A program made the position numbers and the translations under genes. The notes beneath the pieces were generated by a model that ran no database searches, was not told where the DNA came from, and was given only the letters and a program-made list of their open reading frames with translations. This document shows positions 1 through 9,516 of a stretch of DNA of 64,000 nucleotides, piece by piece. This stretch comes from Bacteriovoracia bacterium. GTDB lineage: Bacteria; Bdellovibrionota; UBA1018; JBFWNL01. How positions within the stretch are numbered: position 1 is the stretch's first letter; each line of letters begins with the position of its first letter. The stretch is from assembly GCA_050251055.1 (NCBI GenBank), contig JBFWNL010000002.1:465927-529926 (forward strand), read 5' to 3'.

Positions 1-329
1 GTCGACTGCGGGAGCAGATACGGATGCTTGCTCGCGACGTACGCCTTCAGGTCGTCCAAGCTTTGGACCTGGCCCAGATCGTGCCGCGTGATGCCGACGT
101 TAGTCGCCAGCTTCGCGTCCACGCCGTCTTCCATGAAACCGACGATCTCGCCCAAATCAAAATTATTCCAGGTGCGCGGGTACTCGGTCTCGTACCCGCC
201 CAAGGCGCTGCGGAACTTCACGTAACGGGCGTTGCCAATTTCGCCGCCCGCGCGCACTCCGTTCGCCGCGCCCAAAGCGCCGGCCACAACTAACGAAAAC
301 AGTACCAGCTTTCGTGTCCCTGCCTTCAT
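1..329 (-). CDS. Secreted hypothetical protein, partial (runs off the left edge; absent from the ORF track)
   Basis: ATG at 329 overlaps the TGA of the upstream gene (ATGA), preceded by GAAGGGGGAG. Translates MKAGTRKLVLFSLVVAGALGAANGVRA-GGEIGNARYVKF... with no stop before position 1; Sec-type signal peptide. Confidence 0.8.
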   Translation of the reverse strand, partial: MKAGTRKLVLFSLVVAGALGAANGVRAGGEIGNARYVKFRSALGGYETEYPRTWNNFDLGEIVGFMEDGVDAKLATNVGITRHDLGQVQSLDDLKAYVASKHPYLLPQS

Positions 330-1162
330 GTCGCTCCCCCTTCTTTCATCATCGTCAGCGGAAAGAAATTCATGACCAAATGGTAGACCTCCTCGTTGCC
401 TTCTTTGGCCGAGTAAAGTCGGTTCAATTCCTTGCGAAACTCTTTTAATGATTTTTTGAACTCCGGGATCTTGCTCTTCGGAAGCGCGATGGTGAGCGCG
501 CTAACTTCACGCTGCTCGATCGCGTCGTTGAAAACCGAGTTAATCCCCAGCTCCATGAACTGCCGATGCAGATCACGAATGAGCAGCGAAGAGATTTCAT
601 CGGAGGTAGTGATGAGCGGCTCGCTCGGCACAAAACGGCCGCCGTCGCGCTTAATGAACTCGAGCTTCTCGAGCAGCTCGAGACTCGCCGCCGCTTGCTT
701 CGGAGTGATGCGATGGCGCAGCCGTTGCGCAATCCAGGACGGGTCTTCTGAGAAGTCCTTCAGGAGCGTGAGTTCCCGGATCGCCCAGTGGTACCAGTGC
801 TTGAGCATCTCGATACGCGCGGTTTGCACCTCGTGCACGGAATTCAAATTCCGCGCGCGGAGCTTGAGGATGTCTTTGAGGTAGTTGTTCTTGGCCTCGA
901 TGTCCTTGCATTCGGCGTAGAGCACGAGGCTGCGGAAATAATCGCTTTCGTGCTTCGAGAGGCTAAGTCCGCGCACAAAGCTGGGCAGGTTCGTATCGGT
1001 GATGCGGCGCTGGCCGTCGATCACGAGCTTCAGGTAGTTGGGCGAGCCCAACTTCGCCTTGTTGGCGAAAACCCGGTAAGAGTAAGACGGGTTCACGCTC
1101 TTCTGCTGGCGATAGAAATCCCGTAGGTACGCTCGATAATCCGTGTACTCAAATAGCTGCAA
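326..1162 (-). CDS. TIGR02147 family protein (DUF4423), putative DNA-binding protein
   Basis: Family motifs FEYTDYRAYLRDFY, YSYRVFA..AKLGSPNYLKLVIDGQR, WYHWAIREL and C-terminal VYHLVMNFFPL; TTG start with GGAGGGG RBS. Confidence 0.85.
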   Translation of the reverse strand: MQLFEYTDYRAYLRDFYRQQKSVNPSYSYRVFANKAKLGSPNYLKLVIDGQRRITDTNLPSFVRGLSLSKHESDYFRSLVLYAECKDIEAKNNYLKDILKLRARNLNSVHEVQTARIEMLKHWYHWAIRELTLLKDFSEDPSWIAQRLRHRITPKQAAASLELLEKLEFIKRDGGRFVPSEPLITTSDEISSLLIRDLHRQFMELGINSVFNDAIEQREVSALTIALPKSKIPEFKKSLKEFRKELNRLYSAKEGNEEVYHLVMNFFPLTMMKEGGAT

Positions 1163-1540
1163 GCACCCCTCCTTGGCGTGTTGCGGTCACCCCAGGACAT
1201 CACGAATCAAACGTCAAATTCTTGATGTCCCCCCAACTAACGCCTAAATGTCACCCGATTTTTCGATTTAGAAAAGGGGGGCTGAAAAATAATTCCGTTT
1301 TTTTTCTTAACGACTGTTAATGCGGGATTTTCCGCTTTCGTGCAAAAATCGCAGCTTTACCGCCTCATTTTCATTTTTTCCGAATGCGCACAGTCTTCGA
1401 TCGCCGTAGATTCAATCGCAACTGTTAGCGTCATTTTCGATATCGCATCGCGTGAAGGCCTTCGATTATTTCACTTGGGTTTAACGCGCCCCTAAGGGAA
1501 AATCGGATCAATCGTTGTTCAACGAAGGGAAGGGACTGAA

Positions 1541-1912
1541 ATGAAAGCAAAATTACCCATGATTGCCCGCATCCTATTGGGCTTGGTCTTCTTTGTGTTC
1601 GGCTTGAACGGATTTCTGAACTTCATTCCGCCGCCGCCGGATATGCCGGAGGCTGGCTTGAATTTCTTCAATGCGATGGTCGCAACCGGCTACTTGCTCT
1701 ACCTCGTGAAGGGCACCGAGGTGGTTTGCGGCCTGATGCTACTCGCGAACTTCAAGGCCCCGCTCGCCGTAGTGATGATCACTCCGGTCGTAGTGAACAT
1801 TTTCCTTTTTCACATTTTCGTCGTACCGGGAATCGCCATGGCCGCGATCATCGTCGCCCTGTGGGGCTTCCTGGTTTACAGCTACCGGGCTCACTACAAG
1901 GGCCTTTGCTAA
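1541..1912 (+). CDS. DoxX family membrane protein
   Basis: ARILLGLVFFVFGLNGF, EVVCGLMLL and PVVVNIFLFH; about 4 TM helices; purine-rich RBS. Confidence 0.8.
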   Translation: MKAKLPMIARILLGLVFFVFGLNGFLNFIPPPPDMPEAGLNFFNAMVATGYLLYLVKGTEVVCGLMLLANFKAPLAVVMITPVVVNIFLFHIFVVPGIAMAAIIVALWGFLVYSYRAHYKGLC

Positions 1913-1943
1913 GCGACGCTTTTAGTATCGAATTTTCCCATCA

Positions 1944-1986
1944 CAACCGCCGCCCGCGCCCTCCGCGCGGGCGGCGGTTGCATTTT
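1944..1986 (+). terminator. Intrinsic terminator after DoxX
   Basis: Perfect 16-bp stem CAACCGCCGCCCGCGC / GCGCGGGCGGCGGTTG with a 5-nt loop, followed by CATTTT. Confidence 0.7.
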
Positions 1987-2138
1987 AAGCTGTCCAAATT
2001 CCGACGGGTGTGTACTTTTTTGACTACTTATTTTTTATTAAAAATTTAATTAAATGTATAATTAATTGTTTTAATTGAACTATTTAAATAAAAAAGATTC
2101 GGTATAAGTCTTGTATTGATTTTATTCATGGAGCACCC

Positions 2139-3113
2139 ATGAAAACAATCTCAATCGCCCTGGCCGGAGCCCTTTTTTTCACTCTCCCCTACTTGGGGCG
2201 GGCGAACGATGAAACCCGCAGCGTTCCGATTCAATCCCTCAATGGGCGCAGTCCGCGCGTCGGCGGGTTACCCGTTGAGTACGAGCTAAAGCCCGTTGCG
2301 CGCGCCACCATCGCCCTTATTCCCACGCTTCGAGCTGAAGAATTGATCGCGCCCCGGGACCCACAGCTACCTGAGCTACCCGCCACACGATGGTTCTCCA
2401 GCGAACAGCACGCCCGCTGGTACTTGCATAGCTTACCCACCGAGGTTCGCGCGAGCTATCGCATCGAAAACGCGCCCACCTGGAATGGACCGAACGAACG
2501 CGGCCTACTCCTCCCCGGCGTAGGAACTTACGATCAAGGGCAACTCATCCATCTGAATTGCTTTGCCAGCCAACGGAAAGAGATCGAAATCGCCTTAATT
2601 CGATATCCGGAAATCCGGGAATCCATCTCTCGTACCGAGGAAGGACGATTCGTCATCACCTTGCAAGACATGCGGGAAAGCGCGGCGGCCTACGTGAGGG
2701 AGGTACGAAGCCGCAACAAGGTCTATCCCTTTGACCCTGGCAATACTACCGACCAGACGGTGGCGACGGCCCCTCACATTTCGGGTGACCGCTATCATCC
2801 CCAAGCACGTCCCATTCGTCTCACCGCCATCTTGAACGAGACCGGATGCCAGCCCGTCACGGCCGCCCAAATCGGGGAATGGCTACAACGGATACAAACC
2901 GGTACGTCAACAGTCGATCCCCTGGATTCGATGATTCAACTTCTCAGCTCGCCCCCGCCGGAACCCGTTTCGCGTACCCCCAGACAAGACTGGGTGCGAG
3001 AAGCCGCCATCAACCAAGCCGCGAGTAAACCCGATCCGAGCGCGGAGCCCGCGCCCGCGCCATCGAACGCGGCGCCGGAACCCGATGCCGTGCGCGGAAG
3101 GCCGGCGCGCTAG
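2139..3113 (+). CDS. Secreted hypothetical protein with Pro/Ala-rich C-terminal tail
   Basis: 324-aa ORF, GGAG RBS, signal peptide MKTISIALAGALFFTLPYLGRA; no family recognised. Confidence 0.65.
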   Translation: MKTISIALAGALFFTLPYLGRANDETRSVPIQSLNGRSPRVGGLPVEYELKPVARATIALIPTLRAEELIAPRDPQLPELPATRWFSSEQHARWYLHSLPTEVRASYRIENAPTWNGPNERGLLLPGVGTYDQGQLIHLNCFASQRKEIEIALIRYPEIRESISRTEEGRFVITLQDMRESAAAYVREVRSRNKVYPFDPGNTTDQTVATAPHISGDRYHPQARPIRLTAILNETGCQPVTAAQIGEWLQRIQTGTSTVDPLDSMIQLLSSPPPEPVSRTPRQDWVREAAINQAASKPDPSAEPAPAPSNAAPEPDAVRGRPAR

Positions 3114-3235
3114 CCAGCAAGCAGGCTTCCGCCGCACACAACCCCGGAGCCCTTCGCACCTGCGTCATATTGGCCGTTTGCATCCGACAGGGTTCCAAGG
3201 GTAGAACGGGAGCGGTCGAAAAATACCGTGATCCC

Positions 3236-4258
3236 ATGAAAAGCGAAGCCATTCTTCCTTATTTTCATTCCTCCCCGTCCCCGACGCTGGTCGACCAGAG
3301 CGGACGGCTCCTTCGGTACTTGCGGCTTTCCGTAACCGACGCCTGCAACTTTCGCTGCACCTACTGTTTACCGAACGGGTATAAGCCTACCCGCGAGGAG
3401 TCCTCGCTCTCCCCGATAGAGATTGAAAACCTGGTGCGAGGCTTCGCGGATTTAGGCTTCAAAAAAGTAAGAATCACCGGAGGGGAGCCCACCCTGCGTC
3501 GAGACCTGCTAGAAATCGTCCGCCGCGTAGCGGGCACGGCCGACCTTCAAAAAATCGCGCTGTCAACGAACGGCTCGTCGCTCGCACGCCTAGCCGCTCC
3601 GCTCCGGGCGGCGGGCTTAACCCACCTCAATGTCAGCCTCGATACGCTGGATCGGGAATCCTTCCATCGGTTGGTCGGAGCCGATCGTCTGCCCGAGGTC
3701 CTGTCCGGGATTGAAGCCGCGCTCAACGCCGGTTTCCCGTGGATTAAAATGAACGCCGTTTTACTGCGGGAATTCACCCCTTCGACGTTAGATCGTTTTC
3801 TAGAATGGGTCGGCCACCGTCCCGTCACCGTGCGCTTCATCGAGCTGATGCGTACGGGCGAAAACGGCGGGTTTTTTTCCCAGCAACATTATTCCAGCGG
3901 AGAACTCCTGCTCGAGCTGCGCCGCCGAGGCTGGACGCAAATCCCCCGAGCGCTGGACGATGGCCCGGCCGTGGAGTTCTCGCATCCTGAAAGTCAGGGA
4001 CGCGTCGGCATCATCGCACCTTACCGCGAGGGCTTCTGCGAGCAATGCAATCGCCTGCGGGTGACCCACACGGGCGGACTGCGGCTCTGCCTGTTCGGCG
4101 AGCAAGACTACTCCTTGCGCGAACTTCTGCAGGCACCCGACCAACGAGAAGAGCTTGCCGCCGCGATCCGGCGTTGGGTCGGCAACAAGGCGCCCCGCCA
4201 CTTACTGAAAGAGGAAAAGTATGGAATCACGCGAAACTTCGCCGGTATCGGCGGCTAG
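3236..4258 (+). CDS. moaA: GTP 3',8-cyclase MoaA
   Basis: YLRLSVTDACNFRCTYC radical-SAM motif, TGGEP, second cluster FCEQCNRLR...LCL, C-terminal IGG. Start placed at ATG 3236. Confidence 0.95.
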   Translation: MKSEAILPYFHSSPSPTLVDQSGRLLRYLRLSVTDACNFRCTYCLPNGYKPTREESSLSPIEIENLVRGFADLGFKKVRITGGEPTLRRDLLEIVRRVAGTADLQKIALSTNGSSLARLAAPLRAAGLTHLNVSLDTLDRESFHRLVGADRLPEVLSGIEAALNAGFPWIKMNAVLLREFTPSTLDRFLEWVGHRPVTVRFIELMRTGENGGFFSQQHYSSGELLLELRRRGWTQIPRALDDGPAVEFSHPESQGRVGIIAPYREGFCEQCNRLRVTHTGGLRLCLFGEQDYSLRELLQAPDQREELAAAIRRWVGNKAPRHLLKEEKYGITRNFAGIGG

Positions 4259-5279
4259 CCGCTTCCGCATGATCGACGTGGGCGCTAAGGCGATCACGCG
4301 CCGACGCGCCCTGGCTCGAGGGCGCATCGTGATGGCTCGCGACACTCTGGAAAAAATCCGCCAAGGCACCATTCCCAAGGGAGACCCGCTCGCGCTCGGA
4401 GAAGCCGCCGGCATCCTCGCCGCCAAGCAAACCTCCGCGATTCTCCCCCTTTGCCATCCCCTTCCCCTCGATGCGGTCAACGTGCGCTTCCGGCTGGTCG
4501 AGCTTTCCTCGACCCAAGGCGCGGTGGACGCCGAATGCGAAGTCACGTGCGAAGCGCGCACGGGCGTAGAAATGGAAGCGCTCTTTGGCGTGCAAGCCGC
4601 CCTGCTTTGCGTTTACGACCTGGCGAAAGCCGTGGATCCCGTGCTTTCCATTGAAACCGTGCGGTTGGCATGGAAAGAGGGCGGAAAGCACGGGGTGTGG
4701 CGCCACCCCGCCGACGCCTCGGCCTCGCTTCCCCCTTCTCCCGTATCGGAACCCGCGCCCACGCAAAGCCTCTCCGGCTTACGCGCAAGCGTGTTGACCG
4801 TGAGTGACCGCGTCTCGAGAAATGAAGCCGAAGATCGCACCGGCCCCAAAATTCACGCTTGGTTGCAAAACCGCGGCGCGCAGACGGCGGCGATCGAAGT
4901 CGTTCCCGACGAACCTGAGCTCATTCGTCATGCGCTCATGCGTGCGATCGAGGGCGCTGACCGAGAACTCGTCATCTTGACCGGCGGCACCGGCTTCGGC
5001 CCGCGCGACGTCACCCCCGAAGCCGTATTGCCGCTCCTTGGTCGGCAGTGGCCCGGTTTCGGCGAAGCCCTGCGGGCATTGGGCGCGCGCCACAAACCCC
5101 AGGCTTACCTCAGCCGCGCCTTCGCCGGCATGCGCGGAAAGTGCTGGATCGTCGCGCTGCCCGGAAGCCCCAGCGCGGTCCGCGACGGGCTCACGGTGCT
5201 AGACGAACTGTTGCCGCACGGATTGGAAATTGCTCGCGCTTTACCCAACGCCCACGAAGGAGAATCACATGTCCGCTAA
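4221..5279 (+). CDS. moaCB: Bifunctional MoaC / MogA-MoaB protein
   Basis: N-half MIDVGAK, KGDPL, LPLCHP, TGVEMEAL, KEGGK (MoaC). C-half LTVSDR, TGGTGFGPRDVTPEA, LPGSPSAV (MogA/MoaB). Confidence 0.92.
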   Translation: MESRETSPVSAASRFRMIDVGAKAITRRRALARGRIVMARDTLEKIRQGTIPKGDPLALGEAAGILAAKQTSAILPLCHPLPLDAVNVRFRLVELSSTQGAVDAECEVTCEARTGVEMEALFGVQAALLCVYDLAKAVDPVLSIETVRLAWKEGGKHGVWRHPADASASLPPSPVSEPAPTQSLSGLRASVLTVSDRVSRNEAEDRTGPKIHAWLQNRGAQTAAIEVVPDEPELIRHALMRAIEGADRELVILTGGTGFGPRDVTPEAVLPLLGRQWPGFGEALRALGARHKPQAYLSRAFAGMRGKCWIVALPGSPSAVRDGLTVLDELLPHGLEIARALPNAHEGESHVR

Positions 5280-6384
5280 ATCTTCACGAACTTGGGTGAA
5301 AGACTTCGGCGGCGCGTTCGCGGATGCCGCCATTCTTTTTCCGCTATTGGCCGCGCTTTCGACGTCGAATGCCGGCCTGGCGGGCGGCACGCTCTTACTC
5401 ACGGCCGGACTAGCCTATTGGATCGCCGGTGCGGTTTTCCGGGTCCCCATGCCGGTACAGCCGTTGAAGTCCATCGCCATCGCCGCGCTGGCCCTCGGCG
5501 CGAGCGGTACGGAGATTCGCGTTTCCGGTGCGCTTCTGGGCGTGGCCTGTTTGCTCTTGCTTTTCACGCGCGCGGAAACCTGGGCCGCACGCGTTCCCAC
5601 CGTGATCATCCACAGCATGCAAGTGGGATTAGGCGTGCTGTTGATCACGCAAGGCCTGAAGACGCTGCCGGGCGGATCAGAACTCTATTTCTTCATGCTG
5701 GTGGCGGCCATGTTCGCCGTCCCCTACCTCACGCAGTTCCCCCTTTTGGGTTGGGTGGCGGCGGCGGGACTCCTGTACGGGGTCTTGCGGGCTGACTCGC
5801 CGCAGGTGGGAGCAGGCGGCCCGCCTCCCGAGCTCCGAGATCTCCGACCCGGGATGATCGCCGCGCTGGTTTTTCCGCAGCTGGCGCTCACGCTGGCGAA
5901 TTCCGTCGTGGGTACCCGTCAGGCGGCGCAAAGATATTTTGGGCGTGGCGCTGAACGCGTCACCGTACCCCGCCTCTTGAGCGTCATCGGGCTGGGAAAC
6001 CTGGTGTCGTCACTGGTGGGCGGACTTCCTTTTTGTCACGGGGCGGGCGGCCTCACCGCCCATGTCCGCGGCGGCGCGACGACCGCGCGGATGAACTGGA
6101 TCATCGGCGGGCTGCTCGTCACCTTAGCGGGGTTTCACTTTTTCGTTGGAGGCACGGCGATCCGCATCCCCCCGCTTCTCGTTGCCGCCTTGCTCGCGGT
6201 GACCGGCATCTTTCACATTCTGTTGGCCGAGGAAAGCTGGCGTCAGTCTCCGTGGCTTCGCATTCAAGTGATCGCCGCGGCGGCGGTTTCGCTCGCGACC
6301 CACAACCTGCTTTGGGTACTCGGATCCAGCGTCGCTCTTACCCTCCTGCTCAAGAAACGGCCGGCGCATGATCCAGTATATTGA
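5269..6384 (+). CDS. MOT1-type molybdate/sulfate transporter
   Basis: Hydrophobic protein with MOT1 signatures PMPVQPLKSIAIAAL and GGLPFCHGAGGLTAH; GAAGGAG RBS before ATG 5269; inside the Moco operon. Confidence 0.85.
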   Translation: MSAKSSRTWVKDFGGAFADAAILFPLLAALSTSNAGLAGGTLLLTAGLAYWIAGAVFRVPMPVQPLKSIAIAALALGASGTEIRVSGALLGVACLLLLFTRAETWAARVPTVIIHSMQVGLGVLLITQGLKTLPGGSELYFFMLVAAMFAVPYLTQFPLLGWVAAAGLLYGVLRADSPQVGAGGPPPELRDLRPGMIAALVFPQLALTLANSVVGTRQAAQRYFGRGAERVTVPRLLSVIGLGNLVSSLVGGLPFCHGAGGLTAHVRGGATTARMNWIIGGLLVTLAGFHFFVGGTAIRIPPLLVAALLAVTGIFHILLAEESWRQSPWLRIQVIAAAAVSLATHNLLWVLGSSVALTLLLKKRPAHDPVY

Positions 6385-7648
6385 TGCCCTTCGACAATTG
6401 CGGGCGAGCGCAGGCGAGCGCGCCGCTAACTTGGAGACGGAGACGCTGTCTTTGGCACCGGCCGTTGGCCGAGTTCTATCGCAAGCTATTCGGAGTTCGG
6501 AGTATTTACCTGCCTTCGACAACTCCGCCGTGGACGGATTCGCGGTGGTGGCCGCCGACCTGGCGCATGCTTCACGATCCCAACCTGTCGAGCTGGCGGT
6601 GGCGGGCACGATCGCCGCGGGCGATCCGCCGCCCGCCCCGGATGCGAGGGACGAGACCGCGAGGAGGAGTCCGCCGTCCACCTTCGAAATCATGACGGGC
6701 GCGGCCTTGCCGGGGACGCCGTGGGATTCGGTCGTGAAGGTGGAAGAGGTCGAGCGAATCCACGATCCCGAGGGGCGCCTCGCACGCGTCCGCTTCGTCG
6801 GGCCGGTCACGCCAGGAGAGTTCGTGCGCCGACGGGGCACGGACATCACCCCGGACCAAGTAATCGGCCACGCCGGCACGCGCTTCACCCGTGCCCACGT
6901 TTTGGCCGCCGCGGCCCTCGGCATCCCCGCCGTCGAAGTGCGTCGACGTCCCGTGATCGCCTACTTGAGCACCGGGGCCGAGCTTGTACCCCACGATACG
7001 CCCTCCGGGGCACTGCGCGCCGGGGGAATCCGAAATTCCACGGCTCCTTACCTGGAGTCCGCGTTGCGCGCTTTAGGCGCGAAAGTGCTTCCGCTGGGCA
7101 GCTGCGGAGATGATCCGGCCGCATTCACCAAAATTCTGGCCGACGCGCTCGAAAACGGAGCCGACGCCATTCTCACGACGGGTGCGGTCTCCATGGGAAA
7201 ATTCGATTTCGTGCCCCAAGCTGCCGCGCAGCTCGGGTTCCAGCCCCGCTTTCACAAGGTAGCGATCCGTCCGGGGAAGCCTATTTTTTTCGCGGAACGC
7301 GGGAAGACCGTTTTGTTCGGGGTTCCGGGCAATCCCGTTTCCACGGCGGTGGCGCTGAGATTCTTCGTGGAACCTTACTTGCGCGCGCTGCAAGGGCTCG
7401 CGGCCGAAACACCCCGTACCTTGAAATTGATCGAACCGACATCGAAACCCGAGGGACTGCGCTGTTTTTTGAAGGCGGAGACCGCGGGAATCGATCACGC
7501 GCAGGCGCGGGTACTTTCTGGCCAAGCGTCGTTTCAAGTGGAGTCGCTGCTGCGAGCTAACGTCTGGGTCGAGTTGCCGGAAGCGGGCGCGGAGTTCCCG
7601 CCCGGCACCGCCGTTTCCGTTTGGCCGCTCGAGTTAGGGGATCGGTAG
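6368..7648 (+). CDS. moeA: Molybdopterin molybdenumtransferase MoeA
   Basis: PAFDNSAVDGFA, IMTGAALP, STGAEL, TTGAVSMGKFDFV, IRPGKP, PGNPVS. Confidence 0.95.
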   Translation: MIQYIDALRQLRASAGERAANLETETLSLAPAVGRVLSQAIRSSEYLPAFDNSAVDGFAVVAADLAHASRSQPVELAVAGTIAAGDPPPAPDARDETARRSPPSTFEIMTGAALPGTPWDSVVKVEEVERIHDPEGRLARVRFVGPVTPGEFVRRRGTDITPDQVIGHAGTRFTRAHVLAAAALGIPAVEVRRRPVIAYLSTGAELVPHDTPSGALRAGGIRNSTAPYLESALRALGAKVLPLGSCGDDPAAFTKILADALENGADAILTTGAVSMGKFDFVPQAAAQLGFQPRFHKVAIRPGKPIFFAERGKTVLFGVPGNPVSTAVALRFFVEPYLRALQGLAAETPRTLKLIEPTSKPEGLRCFLKAETAGIDHAQARVLSGQASFQVESLLRANVWVELPEAGAEFPPGTAVSVWPLELGDR

Positions 7649-7657
7649 GGAGAGCGC

Positions 7658-7933
7658 ATGGAAATTGAAATCCGTTTGTTTGGTGCATTTCGAAACTTTT
7701 CCCCTGGCACGGACCGGGTGCGCGTGACGGTTCCGGCGGGAGCGGGATCCCAGGAACTACGGTCGGCCCTCTTAGCGGCGTTGCCCGGGGAACCCGCACG
7801 CGAGCACCTGCGAGATTTGATTGCGGATTCCGCTTTCGCCAACGAGAGCGACTTGTTGCCGCCGGATTTTCGGGTTTCCGAAACCTCGGCGTGGAAACAG
7901 CTAGCGGTGTTGCCGCCGGTGTGCGGAGGATAG
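7658..7933 (+). CDS. moaD: Molybdopterin synthase sulfur carrier MoaD
   Basis: Ubiquitin-like protein; IRLFGAFR and C-terminal AVLPPVCGG. Confidence 0.9.
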   Translation: MEIEIRLFGAFRNFSPGTDRVRVTVPAGAGSQELRSALLAALPGEPAREHLRDLIADSAFANESDLLPPDFRVSETSAWKQLAVLPPVCGG

Positions 7934-7942
7934 GCGCAGAAT

Positions 7943-8401
7943 ATGGCTTCTCCCATCGCTGTCCGTATCCAAACCCACGCGATTGAAACGCGCGATCCCT
8001 TCGACGACGAGGGGGGCGACTTTGCCTGCGGAGCCGAAGTGCTTTTCTACGGCCGGGTCCGGGCGCACAACCACGGTCGACGGGTGACCGGCGTTTCTTA
8101 TGACGCCTTCGTGCCACTGGGAGAAAAGATTTTAGCGCGACTTTGCCTCGAAGCGCAGGCCAAGTTCGATCCCCGACTCCAGGCTCGCATTTGGCATCGA
8201 GTGGGGCGCGTGGCTCCGGGCGACATTAGCGTCCTCATCGCCGTACGCACCCCGCACCGGGCGGAGGCTTACGCCGCCTCTCGATTCCTCATCGAAGAAA
8301 TCAAGCACCAGGTGCCGATTTGGAAGCAAGAGCACTACGAGGACGGGGATAGCGAGTGGCTGCAAGGCCATGCCTTGTGCACCCGGGAGGCGACGCCATG
8401 A
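7943..8401 (+). CDS. moaE: Molybdopterin synthase catalytic subunit MoaE
   Basis: GAEVLFYGRVR, HRVG, PHRAEAY, IKHQVPIWKQEHY. Confidence 0.93.
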   Translation: MASPIAVRIQTHAIETRDPFDDEGGDFACGAEVLFYGRVRAHNHGRRVTGVSYDAFVPLGEKILARLCLEAQAKFDPRLQARIWHRVGRVAPGDISVLIAVRTPHRAEAYAASRFLIEEIKHQVPIWKQEHYEDGDSEWLQGHALCTREATP

Positions 8402-9516
8402 AGGAAGGCGAAGCTTGCCCGGCCGCCGATGGTACGCGTAGCGCGCGCCAAATCACCTTGCCCGAGGTCGGCGAAGAAGGCCAAGCGCTGATTGCGGGCG
8501 CGCGAATCGTCTGCGTCGGAGCCGGCGGTTTGGGGAGCGCCGCGCTTCCTTATCTCGCTTCCGCGGGCGTAGGAAAAATCACGGTAGTCGACGGCGACCG
8601 GGTCAGTGAATCGAACCTTCCCCGGCAAACACTTTACCGCTTCCGTGATGTCGGATGCGAGAAGGCCACTCGTGCGCAGGCGAGGTTGATGGACCTGAAT
8701 CCGGAAATCCAGGTATCGGCGATCGCCGCTTACCTCACCGCGGAAAACGCATCAAAAATTCTGGCGGGACACGACCTGGTTTTGGACGGCACCGACCAGT
8801 TCGCCGCTAAGTTCCTCATCAACGATGCGGCCGCAAAGTTAAAGTTGCCGGTCGTTTACGCCGCAGTCACGGGATGGGGGGGCCAGGTCGCGGTGTGGGA
8901 CGCGCAGCAAGGGTCCTGCTACCGCTGTTACCAGCCCGAAGCTCCGCGAAACTTCGTACCGAATTGCGCGCAAGCCGGGGTCTCGGGTCCCGTAGCGGGA
9001 GTGCTGGGACTGCACCAAGCCCAGCTGGCCTTGGAGCTCATTTTGGAGAAAAAGACATCTACCCCTCGGGTTCGCTGCGAGCGCGGCACGCTCTGGACGG
9101 TGGATTTCGCCCCCATTCAAGTCCACGGATTTAAAGTCTCCCGGCGCATGGACTGCCCGACCTGCTCGCGCGGGGATGCAAGCATCGAAGCGGGCTTGCC
9201 AGACGAATCCGGGGAGATCGATCCCCAGTGGCTCGCCGATCGCGATCGTTTCTCGGAGTACCAGCTCATCGATCTTCGGGAGACGGCGGAACTCGCGGCG
9301 GGAATTCTGCCGGGCGCGCGGCATTGGCCGTGGTCACAATTAAAAACCGGAGCGACTCCCCCCTGGCCGATCCGACCCGAGCGGGTGATTCTTTACTGCC
9401 AGACGGGCGTGCGCTCGGAAGCCGCACGGGCCATGCTTTCCCGCGCCTTCAGCGCCCCGATCCGGCACCTGCGAGGGGGGATCGCGCGCTGGCCAGGCCC
9501 GCTCGTTCGGGGCTAA
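8398..9516 (+). CDS. moeB: MoeB/ThiF adenylyltransferase fused to a rhodanese domain (MoeZ/MOCS3-like)
   Basis: VGAGGLGS, DGDRVSESNLPRQ, DGTD, CYRC and CPTC zinc sites; rhodanese IDLRE...GILPGA...YCQTGVRS...LRGGIARW. ATGA overlap with moaE. Confidence 0.9.
   Translation: MKEGEACPAADGTRSARQITLPEVGEEGQALIAGARIVCVGAGGLGSAALPYLASAGVGKITVVDGDRVSESNLPRQTLYRFRDVGCEKATRAQARLMDLNPEIQVSAIAAYLTAENASKILAGHDLVLDGTDQFAAKFLINDAAAKLKLPVVYAAVTGWGGQVAVWDAQQGSCYRCYQPEAPRNFVPNCAQAGVSGPVAGVLGLHQAQLALELILEKKTSTPRVRCERGTLWTVDFAPIQVHGFKVSRRMDCPTCSRGDASIEAGLPDESGEIDPQWLADRDRFSEYQLIDLRETAELAAGILPGARHWPWSQLKTGATPPWPIRPERVILYCQTGVRSEAARAMLSRAFSAPIRHLRGGIARWPGPLVRG

Noticed and set aside
24-293. Plus-strand ORFs of 89 and 65 aa
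   Set aside because: Shadows of the minus-strand secreted-protein gene starting at 329, which has an RBS, translational coupling and a signal peptide.
3114-3235. Possible Moco riboswitch before moaA (GCACCTGCGTCA, TTGGCCGT, GGAGCCCT/AGGGTTCC stem)
   Set aside because: Only short resemblances to the E. coli moaA leader; the 3' conserved part and SD are missing, and a -10 box 6 nt before the ATG suggests a leaderless mRNA. A scan with the Rfam Moco covariance model would settle it.
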